DNA from: Mytilus edulis | Taxonomy: Eukaryota | Reading direction: 5' to 3' | Assembly: GCF_963676685.1 (NCBI RefSeq) | Contig: NC_092347.1 | Span: 73,718,001 to 73,782,000 of the forward strand | Length of the DNA stretch: 64,000 bases | Shown: in pieces, positions 39,747 through 50,546 of the stretch | Numbering within the stretch: position 1 is the first letter of the stretch | How the letters are laid out: each line of letters opens with the position of its first letter | Program-made: the position numbers and the translations under genes | Notes under the pieces: model-generated | What the model saw: only the letters and a program-made list of their open reading frames with translations | Databases searched by the model: none | Told to the model about the DNA's origin: nothing

Positions 39747-42129
39747 AAATCAGGCAAAAAAAACCAAACGTTTTTATATATGATGCATGAAAAGTTTATA
39801 GACAAATTTCAACAAAAAGTTATAAAATCCTTGAATTGGCCCTGGGAATTGTAATATATATGTTCCTGATTGGCCATATAAAAAATAACTATAAAGCCGT
39901 CACTGAGTATTTTGCTATTGCTGTTCTATAAATGGAAGATAGACAAAGACTTGCAAATCATAGCAATTGAGGACACTTGCTTCCTTTAAACTTATGATGA
40001 GCACAAAAATATATTTACACTAGGGTATTGTTGCACATAGATTCACATTATAATGTGCCCATGGTTAACCGTTAAGCCTTATCATTGGTAAGACACCTAA
40101 GAACCCAACAGACAGGCTTTGAGTTATTTTCTAATAATGACGTTTTCTTCATCCTCTTGTCCTCATTTTTTTTTATTTGTATGACGCAGACTTTTTGAAG
40201 TTGGTTTCAAGAAGAATAAAAATATGCTATGGCCATTCTTTATCGTCGTTTTCCGCTATATACTAGTATATCTTTTCAAAATTGAACTAATCATATCTGA
40301 CTTTTTTTTTTATCCATATCTGACTAGCTTTTTGAACAAATTAAATGAATGGAAACCCTAGTGTTTAAGGAAAGATGTAATATATATAATCAATAACATT
40401 AAAGAATGAGATCCGATTCTATAATGCACAAACAAATTGTGTAAATCTAGGAAAATTAAACGTATGTACTGAGTTTAAAGAACATAAGCTCTGTCAAAAT
40501 AAAGAAGTTTCGAAAATTCAATAACGACGATTCCTGCAAGAAATCGGTCAATTGATCGGTTAAAAGATGGTCAAAGAATCGTCATTTATGGGCAATAACT
40601 CTAATGAAGAGTGTACTAACGATTTCGGTAAAATTTGACTTATTTGTAGATACTGTTTTGTTGATTTTCTTTTGCTATTTAACATGTCTATCTACGAAAT
40701 GTAAGTTTCCAGATAAAAGGCTAACATAAACAAATGGTAAACATCGACACTACAGAACAATCATTAAGGAGTCGATATCTGATTTAAACTTGGCTTGCTG
40801 ACAATTTTAGATTTTTTAATCTATTTTGAGTAAAATGTACTTTAATGTTTAATAAGAAAATAAACAAAAGCGCCAAAAATTGATATAAAATCGCCATCAA
40901 AGGGCATCAACTCCAATGAGGAGTCAACTAACAATTTCAGTTATTTGTAGATCTTGTCTTGTTTATCAGTTTTGCTTTAAAAAGTTACTCTTTTTTTTCT
41001 AGTTTAACTTCAGGATAATTATCTAAATTGGAAAACAAAATACGTAATCATGTCTGTTAAGAAATTGTATGACAGTTTTGATACAAATGGACAAACATTT
41101 CTGTGTATATCAGATTAAAACTATTTTCTCGATTTATAGCAGTTTTCAAGGTAATGGACATTTCTAAATTTATTTGTTACCACTATGTAACATTTAACGA
41201 ACACCAAATGATGAGCAATGCTAACTTGGCCTTTTTGAGCCAGGTGAGCCAAAAAAAAAAGAAGAAAAAAATGACCCAAGGGATAGTAAAAAAAACAGAC
41301 TGAGCAAAAAATACCCAACCAAGAATAGATTGTGATATCAAGTACCTCAAAAGGGCAAGCATAAATTTCTGCCTCACATCTTGCAATTATCGTGTTTGGT
41401 GTTTCATTGTGTTGCGTGTCACAGTCGAGGTAAATACGTAAAAAAGGTGTCTAAACAATACACCTTCTCGATTGCTTCCGTATTTATGTTGATCTGTCAA
41501 AAGAATTTGCATCGTACAAAAGTTTCATATGTTTAACATGTCCAATGAATGTAGATTGTAATTAATGCAACTATTGTTGCTAGTTCTGTTAACATTAAGG
41601 TAAAGACTCCAAAATGTCATTCTTAACCTTTGTTAAATTGTTTGGATGTTTAACACATGTGTGTTCCGCATGACATTACAGTTGACCGGAAATAGTCTAC
41701 ATACAAATGATATGATGATAATTTGTTTTTTCAATTTAAAAATTTAAAGAACTCACTTGACGTTAAGCAACCAACAATCAATAAAAGAGAACTTTGTTTT
41801 TACAAATATTTGATCACAGGTGCCTTTGCACTACACAAAAACCAAATAAAACGTTCCTATTTTTCAGTAGTGTATTGCAAACCGATTGAAACCTTGGTAC
41901 TTGGGGACCTGATGATGTTTTTAGCCCTCCACTGTTTTTTTTCCAAATCCGTGTAATACATCAAGCATTGAGACATAAGGCTGTGGGTAGTAAACTTGGA
42001 ATTGTTAGTAAATAGTAAATAAAAGATACAAAAAAATTTCCAAAATTTTCTGGCAAAATGAAAACAAACATGAATGAAGCAAATTATTTAATAGACACTA
42101 TATTCTAAGTAGAAGTCCTGCTGAGGTCT

Positions 42130-43610
42130 TTAGTCCCATTTTCCGGAACTTCCACCCCATTTTCCAGAACTTCCTCCATATTTTCCACCACCAATTCTTC
42201 CTCCAGAAGAAATACTACTACTGCTGCTACTGCTACTTTTCATCTTGATACCAGCTCCACTGCTTCCAGATAAACCACCGCCAAGACCACCTCCAAGTCC
42301 ACCACCTAGACTACCACCTAGCCCACCGCCTAGACTTCCACCTAGCCCGCCACTTAAACCACCGCCTAGATTTCCTCCTAGTCCACCACTTACACCACCG
42401 CCTAGATTGCCACTTAAGCCACCACCAGTCGATCCGCTAAGGCTTCCTTTGATCTTACCCCCTAAAGATCCATCAGTTCCTCCGGTAAGGCCACCTCCAA
42501 GTCCACCAGAAAGTCCACCACTAACACCACCTCCAAGTCCACCTCCAATATTTCCTCTTACACCGCCTCCTAGCCCGCCACTTAATCCACCACCAGTTGA
42601 CCCACCAAGGCTTCCTTTAATCTTACCACCTAATGATCCACCAGTTCCTCCGCTTAGGCCACCTAAAAGCCCACCACTTACACCACCTCCAAGTCCACTT
42701 GAAAGTCCACCACTTACACCACCGGACAGCCCACCTCCAAGTCCACCTCCAATATTTCCTCTTACACCGCCTCCTAGCCCGCCACTTAATCCACCATCAG
42801 TTGACCCACCAAGGCTTCCTTTGATCTTACCACCTAATGATCCACCAGTTCCTCCGGTAAGACCACCACTTACACCACCGGACAACCCACCTCTTTGTCC
42901 TCCAGAAATTCTTCCACCTAGACCACCAGAAAGACCTCCTCCTAGTCCACTAGAAATTCCACCTCCAAGACCACCAGAAAGTCCTCCTCCGAGTCCACTA
43001 GAAATTCCTCCTCCAAGTCCACCAGAACCCCCTCCCCCAACCTTGCCACTTAAACCACCGGACAGACCACCTCTTTGTCCGCCTGAAATTCCTCCTCCAA
43101 GACCCCCAGAAAGTCTTCCTCCAAGTCCACCAGAAACACCTCCTCCAACCTTGCCACTTAAACCACCGGACAGACCACCTCTTTGTCCGCCTGAAATTCC
43201 TCCTCCAAGACCCCCAGAAAGTCTTCCTCCAAGTCCTCCAGAAACACCACCTCCAACTTTGCCACTTAAACCACCGGAAAGTCCTCCTCCAAGACCACCT
43301 CCAAGTCCACTTGAAAGTCCACCACTTAAACCACCGGACAGGCCACCTCCATTTCCACTGGACAGTCCTCCTCCTAGACCTCCAGAAAGTCCTCCTCCGA
43401 GTCCACTAGAAATTCCTCCTCCAACATTGCTACTTAAACCACCAGACAGTCCTCCTCCAAGGCTACCACCAAGTCCTCCTCCAAGGCTACCACCAAGTCC
43501 CCCTCCAAGGCTACCTCCAAGTCCGCCTCCAAGGCCACCACTAAGTCCGCCTCCAAGGCTACCAGAAACTCCACCTCCGATGTGACCAGACCCAGCACCA
43601 CCACCATGAC
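42130..43610 (-). CDS. Secreted Gly/Ser/Leu-rich protein A, main exon
   Basis: ttgtag|(G)HGGGAGSGHIGGGVSGSLGGGLSGGL...GGKYGGSSGKWGGSSGKWD*; open for 493 codons including the stop (ORF track shows only the distal 251). Confidence 0.9.
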
Positions 43611-44384
43611 CTACAAGTTTGGATGTTTTGTATTAGCATTTGTTGGGAAAATTACAAAAGCTGATTGTGATCACTAACATAAACACTTTTATTTGTTTTT
43701 TTATTAAATTTTTACTAATTGAATTTGTTTTAATGTTTTCCAAACTATCACTGTGATTTTAAAGTTTTTGATCTTATTTGTTATGACCTTGCAAAAAGGA
43801 GCAATAAGACTGACATGACGTGAATGTAACATCAAATGGTAGTTAACCCAAACTTCAGTGATCTCGACTTATATCATACAGCATTCAACCAAAGTGCTTG
43901 TAAGCACTGAACGGTAAAGATTGCTTCAATTTATCAGTTGGAAGTAGAATTGAATATTGCATTGGTTGTAGATTTAACAGCAATTCTAGACAAAGGAAGA
44001 TAATTCCAAATTTTTAAAGATGATTTCAACAATGACATCATTTATATTTTAAGAACAGATATTAGATTTCTGCACCTTGCAAAAGTTATGTTATTTTCTT
44101 GACAAGTGTAACATCATTTTATGCCTTGAATATCTGAGCATATATTACTCGATAAATTTCTGGAATGTTCATGGATAGGATGTATAGAATGTTATGAACA
44201 ATGCGCTATATTTTGTGTATCAAAAAGGTAGTGATCCTTGGAAAATTTAGATATCAAGTCAGTCCCATAAGATTTTGATTGCATTTCATGCAATTTTTAC
44301 CTAAAAATGATTTGGTTTCTTCTACATTGAAAACATCAGTTTTATGTTCTATTTAAGGTAAACAGCTTTATTGTTATCTCTTAC

Positions 44385-44420
44385 CATGTTTGTGACCTCC
44401 CGATCTCTTTCTTCTGTAAT
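44385..44420 (-). CDS. Gly-rich protein A, 36-nt exon with furin-type site
   Basis: ttcaacag|(D)YRRKRSGGHKH|gtaaga; phase 1-1. Confidence 0.8.
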
Positions 44421-44778
44421 CTGTTGAAAAGAAACATTTTGTAAGTTGATACTTGAAATTTTCAGATGTTTGAGTCTTTCTACAATGGGGCTACATATTT
44501 TCTTAAAATTTGTTGTTTAAACTTATTTTTTTACAAATGAATTACTATTGCATGTAAAAATGATCTACAAGTGAAACACATGAGTTAAAGGATTAGCATT
44601 ACCAGGGCTGCTTTCATGATAACTTTGACAATAACACATTCATCATAAAAAAAGAAGATGTGGTATGATTGCCAATGAGACAACTCTCCACAAGAGACCA
44701 AAATGACACAGAAATTAAAAACAATAGGTCACCGTACGGCCTTCAACATTAACTATGCTTCAAGTAATGTTTTCTCAC

Positions 44779-44884
44779 CTTGCCTGTAGTCTGGGTTGTA
44801 ATCACCAACAGACCTCTTTTTGTATGTCTCTTGTTGTGCAGAAACACAAGCAACCAAAACACACAAGGCAACTATAAACTGCAT
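44779..44884 (-). CDS. Gly-rich protein A, signal peptide/propeptide exon
   Basis: ttacag|aATG; MQFIVALCVLVACVSAQQETYKKRSVGDYNPDYRQ|gtgaga; total ~540 aa. Confidence 0.85.
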
Positions 44885-45593
44885 TCTGTAATAATAATTC
44901 ATCTATCGTTTATAAAGATTTTCTATATTTAAATGTGATATGGGAGATGTGGTATAATTGCCAATGTTAGGTTTACATTAATTGTAACATATGACTTTTT
45001 CGAACTTTCAATCAAATATCATTTAATTGTACTGTAATTCTCTGCTGCAACTTCATCTTTTTTTTTAAAGTATCTTATTGTTTCAAGTTATATGTTTATA
45101 TTGTAGTTAATATTTTCAAAATCGATGCATACACATGCATGTTGTTAAATTCTGCAATATTTGCGTTCCTTCGCCAAAAAAAAAGTTGTATTATCAAATA
45201 TCATGTCGAGAAATGAGTTTGCGGTAAGAAACATAGTACCTGAATTATCTAAAAAATATATCTGGACTGAAATAGTATGTACAATGGACACGCATTATCT
45301 AAAACTATTATGCCATATTACATATAGCTTTGGAAACACCAAAATTAAATTCTTAAATAGATATTAAAAAATAATTGTTTAGGTATTTAAAAATCAGATT
45401 CTTAGATGCAATTTTTAGACTATTTTGCCCAAAGTTGAGAAAACTTATTAAGTCTTATATCTGTGAAAATTATCGAAAACAACTTTACATACTTAGAACG
45501 GTTCTACGAAATTATTTTATCTTTTTAAACTGAATATAGTTTGAAGATTTAATTCAAATTTAACTTTTAAGAGACCGTCATGTATATAAATAC

Positions 45594-45662
45594 CTGAATA
45601 TTTTGCTGATGGGCTGTCCTCGTAGCTTATCTGACAAAGATGTTGCAGCTTCTGGTTTTATA
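45594..45662 (-). promoter_or_regulatory. Putative TATA promoter and non-coding exon 1 of protein A
   Basis: TATAAAA at 45662-45656, TCAGA initiator-like site 30 nt downstream, exon ends AATATTCAG|gtattt. Confidence 0.6.
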
Positions 45663-46017
45663 CCATTTTACCAGACTTGTTATTAATTTTTCTGCATGTA
45701 TCGTGCTCCCACTACAAGTGTTGAAATTACGGTCATGCGGAAATTAACAAACATAGGTAATTAGTAAGATGTTGTAAGATGTAAAATTTGTGTTTTGCAA
45801 CAGGAAACAATAATTACATTTTACGTTAAAATTTGTTTACTATTAATTTCAATTGTTAAAGTTGCAGACTGTAAAAAATCCCCTTTTAGTTTAGACACAC
45901 TTTAAAAGTAGGTTTTTGCTACCCTAGACGAATTGGAAACATACACGTACAATACTACTGCATTTAACTCATAATTAATTACAAAGAATAACCAAACGCC
46001 TTTTCAGAAGTTTTCAC

Positions 46018-46068
46018 TTTAAAAACAGGAGTAGTAGCAGCACATTGTCAACACGGTCTAATATTAAG
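46018..46068 (+). promoter_or_regulatory. Putative promoter and short non-coding exon 1 of protein B
   Basis: TTTAAAAA at 46018, TCA ~31 nt downstream, exon ends AATATTAAG|gtaagt (consensus donor). Confidence 0.5.
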
Positions 46069-46963
46069 GTAAGTTTAGGATTTACAAATCTTAACATAAT
46101 TTCATTTTATGCAATTATTTTAAACTTTTTTAATATAAAGAAAACACAATATTGTCAAACGAAAATATAGTTCTTAGTTTAAAAATCCACGAAGCAGCTG
46201 ATGTTATGATATACAGTTGTAATTTTTTTTCTTTCAATTAGATGAAGTATTAATTATTTGCAAATGAAAATCAAACAAACAGTCAATTAACGACAGAATA
46301 CCACAAGGCACCGATCATTCACCGTTGTACGTAAGGGACATGTGTTTTTGAATATCTTGAGAGATAAAAAAAAAATTGGTTTTGATCGAAAAAAAAAAGT
46401 AGAAAAATAAATTCAGCTTCAATAAAAAAAAAAAGAAGCTTGTTCCTATATTTTTTTTTAAAAAAATTGACTGAAAGTCCCGAGTATATATATGAATGAT
46501 CGATGTCTTATTGTGGCTTGATTTACCATATGACTATATAACTGTTCAATAACTATACACTTTTGGTGGGAAAACACAAGAGCTGGCCAGCTGACGATCT
46601 AATTCAAATAACTCGAAATTGTTTCGGAAGGAGAGCTTTCCGAAAGAAGTTTTCAAGTTTTTCTTACCAATTAAAATTTCCAGAATTCATCTCAGTTTTA
46701 GATGTACTGTATTTTTATTTGAACTTCTAAACAATAACAAAACTACTGATAGAAAATGGAACAGAAGCAAATATAAGACGCGGAATTATGAAAAAATAAA
46801 TCATATTGAAAAGCAATATTCTACACATAGCTCATTGTAAATATCTGATCATTAATTGTACTTTAGTTTCCTGTCTTAACGAGAGAGAGATTAAACAAAA
46901 CATAAACTTTTTTGTTTTAAGATTTAACTGATGAACCACTTCTTCTTTTTATATATATATAGG

Positions 46964-47027
46964 ATGAACATGCTTGCTGCTTTCAGTATTTTACTATTTT
47001 GTGGTTGTGGCCCAGCTTCTGGTTATG
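46964..47027 (+). CDS. Secreted Gly/Ser-rich protein B, signal peptide exon
   Basis: tatag|gATG; MNMLAAFSILLFCGCGPASGY|gtaggt; phase 1 fits the 48655 exon. Confidence 0.78.
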
Positions 47028-47787
47028 GTAGGTATACATGTAATACCTTATCAATTGCACCTAGTTATTTATGTCAAAAAGAAGTAGACCCTCAAAAGGG
47101 CTTCAAAATGGTTAGTGCCAGGGGAAGAAAAGGGGGAGGGGGTGTAACACGATTTGTTTATTATATAGTTCGAATGAATTATTTTAACAGCATTTCGGAG
47201 AGATCCGTTAAGAACGTGCTCTATTTACTTAGGTCATACCCGATACGTCCTTTTAACAACTTGTTTGTCCATTTCCTCCACCAGCACGACAGACCCTTCA
47301 CTTGCATATGCATGAAATATTTGTTTAAGCAATCGATATAAGCTGTCCCATTTAGGTATCAGTCAGATTGTGATTGTGATACTTAATTTCAAAACTTTCA
47401 AAAATTATAAAATGATAAAACAAAACCAAAAACGTTGGTGACAACTTGGAAAAGGAGAATGGTCACTTTGTGGTTGTGGCCCATCTTCTGGTTATGGTAG
47501 GTATACATTTAATACGTTATCACTTGCACCTAGTTATTTATGCCAAAAAGAATTAATCTTATGACCACAAAAACATGCTATAGAAGATACAAAAGGATTA
47601 TCCGAAGTGAAAGCTTCAAGGACAGGCAACACTATGAAAATATGTATAGAAACCCAATAAAACTAAAATTTTAATAACTAGAACCCCGAACAAACAAGAG
47701 GGAACAAGGTGGCCTTTGAACAATAAACAATTTCTGTTCTTCTAGTAGTACAAACAATCGGGTTAAACGTCGAAAGGGATGGAAGTA

Positions 47788-48012
47788 AGGGACGACATCA
47801 AAAGTTCAATGTAGGATAAAAACTTAATTCACATAGTTTTTTCACTGACCCACCCCCCCTCTTAACTTAATTTGGGAAAAATTGATTTACCAATAGGGAT
47901 ATATGTAAAAATCGATTTTATATATACAAAACTTGCAGAATATTAACCCCCCCCACCCCAAACTATTTGATTTAATTTTTTTATCCTACATCGATCTTTT
48001 GATGTCATCCTT
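47788..48012. mobile_element. MITE (truncated second copy ~51428-51608)
   Basis: TIR AGGGACGACATCAAAAG..ATGTAGGATAAAAA / TTTTTATCCTACAT..CTTTTGATGTCATCCT. Confidence 0.8.
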
Positions 48013-48073
48013 AAGTATGAATTGTGACTACGACAAGAAGACAATACATCTATATTTATCTACATCTAATTGT

Positions 48074-48228
48074 GCATGTACCAAGACAGGCTACAAAGAC
48101 CATGTGTTGTTAGTCCTTCTGCATGTATCAAGTCAGGCTACAAGGACCATGTGTTGTTAGTCCTTTTGCATGTACCAAGTCAGGCTACAAGGAACATGTG
48201 TTGTTAGTCCTTCTGCATGTATCAAGTC
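48074..48228. repeat. 47-bp minisatellite, ~3.3 copies
   Basis: GCATGTACCAAGTCAGGCTACAAGGACCATGTGTTGTTAGTCCTTCT repeated. Confidence 0.85.
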
Positions 48229-48654
48229 TCACTAATATTAGGATTTGTGTATTGTTGATTGGATATAAACTTCACCAAAAACTACATTAACCAAAAACTT
48301 TAACAGGAAGCTAAACAGACTGACGCATGGCTAACAGACGCATAGACCGAAAAGACATAATACCCCTAGATGGGGCATAAAAAAACTTTGCTACCGCTCA
48401 ACCGTATGATACATTGAATTAAAACCCCCATACTATATGATTTTGTTAACTATCATGCATAATTTTCTGTACCTTATGTTTTTATTTTTGTAAAATATTC
48501 CTTCAGGAATAAATCAAATTTTTTATCCCCCCTCTTTTTTGGGGTTATATAAGGTCCTGATTGACATAAGACAACTTTCATTATGATAGCAATAAGATTT
48601 GCCTGCCGGTAAAGTCCAAATAAATATCACCTGATTTTCTTAATTGTTTGATAG

Positions 48655-50546
48655 CAACTGGTAAAAGACATGCTTGCGATGATGACTGTGGAGGTAATGC
48701 AAACCATGGCATTGGATTGGGAGGTGGAGTTGGTGGCAAAATTGGTGGATCCTTTAGTAGCAAATTCAAATCCAGCTTCAGTTCATCGAGTGGTGGATCA
48801 TCAAACATGGGTATAGGCAGCGGATCAGGCTTGGGTATAGGCGGTGGAGTTGGATTAAGCACTGGTGGGGGCTTATCAAACGCGATGTCAAGCTCAGGTG
48901 TAAGCGGAGGAATTGGAATCGGCTCTGGCGGTGGCTTATCAAGCTCGATGTCAAGCTCACATGTAGGCGGTGGAGTTGGATTCAGCTCTGGTGGTGGTTC
49001 ATCACACTCGATGACAAGCTCAGGTGTCAGTGGTGGAGTTGGATTCGGTGCTAGTGGTGGGTTATCAAACTCGATGTCTAGTGGAATTGGTATAAAAATG
49101 AAGAGTGGATTTTCTCAAGGTGGTAGTGTTGGACTGAGAGGACGCGTAGGAATGAGAACTGGAGTTGGTGGTGGGATTGGTAGTAGTGGTAGTATAGGTG
49201 TGGGCGGTGCAGGTGGTATTTCTGGTGCTAGTGTTGGAGGTGCATCAGCTGGTGGTATCTCAAAAGTCAGTGTTGGTAGCAGTGGATCATTTGGTGGAAA
49301 TATCGGTGGAGGCATTGGTATGAAAGTCAATACTGGCCATTCAGGTGTAAACAGAGTGGGGATGACTGGCAGTGGTGGCATAGGCGGAGGAGCATCTGGC
49401 TCAGTTAGTGGAAATTTAGCTGGAAGTATCTCTAGATCTGGTAGTGATAACGATCAAAATGGTTCAGTCGGTGGTAATGGTAACGATGATGATAATGGAA
49501 ATGGTGGTGAAACAGTAATGGCTATTTCTGGTGGAAATAATGGTGAAACACGATTGGGAATTTCTGGTGGAAGTGGTGGTGAAACAAGAATAGGAATTTC
49601 TGGTGGGAGTGGTGGTCAAACAAAAATTGGCATTTCTGGTTCTAGTTCCGGTGCAGATAACAATAACGGGGCTGTAGGTGTTAATGTAAAATCCTCACAG
49701 ACAAGCAGTGGTACGAGTGGCGTAAGTGGAATAAGAATGAGTATACAAACTGGAGGTTCTGGTGGAAGCAACGGTGCCGCTGGTGTGGGTATGTCTGGTA
49801 ATGGAGGTTCTCAGATTGCCAGCAGTGTTGGTGGTTCTGGTGGAAGCAGCGGTGTCGCTGGTAATGGAGTTGCTCAGATTGGTGGCAGTGTCGGTGGTTC
49901 TTCTGGTATTTCATCCAGTCTTTCACATTCTGGTTCTGCTGGTGTCAGTCAAGGAGGATTACAGGTTACACAAGATTCTGGAATATCTGGTAACATCGGC
50001 GGTGGAGTAGATGGAAGTGTTATCGGTGCTGGATCTTCTGGGTTAGGTAGTAGTACTAGCAAATCTGCGACTATCAGAGGACGGGTTGGGGAAGATATTG
50101 GGATAAAGATAAAATCTGGTGTTTCTGGAGGCAACATGGGTGTAGCTGGTGGTAGCGTTCGAGGTGGTGGTACTTCGGCATTTTCCAGTTCTAGCAGTGT
50201 AGATGGTGGTAGCTCATTTGGGTCAAGTTTAGCACAGACTGGCGGTACAGGGTCTGGAATCAACGTAAAAACAGGCATTTCGTCAAGTGGAGGTGTCCCA
50301 TCTTCTGGAGGAGCTTTAATGGGTGGTGGATCAAATGCACATAGCAGCTCTTTTGCAAAAGGTTCTAGTTCGTCAAAGTCAAGTGCAAAGTCAAGTTCAA
50401 GTTCCAATAGCAGTGGTTCAAGTTTTAGTTCCAGTTTTAGCAGCAGTATTGGTGGTAGTGCTGCAGGTGGGGCCAAGTTAGGAGGTGGAGGAAAATGGGG
50501 TGGAAGTTCTGGGAAATGGAATGGAAAATATAAAGAAAATGCGTAA
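48655..50546 (+). CDS. Secreted Gly/Ser-rich protein B, main exon
   Basis: gatag|(A)TGKRHACDDDCGGNANHGIGLGGG...GGGKWGGSSGKWNGKYKENA*; 630 codons; AATAAA at ~50561; total ~651 aa. Confidence 0.92.

Noticed and set aside
39750-39870. Possible inverted 5' piece of the PLE RT (FLYMMHEKFIDKF...W...YICS)
   Set aside because: Resemblance too weak to support without an alignment.
42245-43585. 446-aa Pro-rich ORF on + strand
   Set aside because: Antisense shadow of GGN-rich codons in protein A; the - strand has the signal peptide, splice sites and shared C-terminal motif.
42130-50546. Calling the Gly-rich proteins collagen/preCol, shematrin or fibroin
   Set aside because: No Gly-X-Y triplet domain, almost no Tyr or Pro in the bodies, no poly-Ala or GAGAGS; no named orthologue can be supported by eye.
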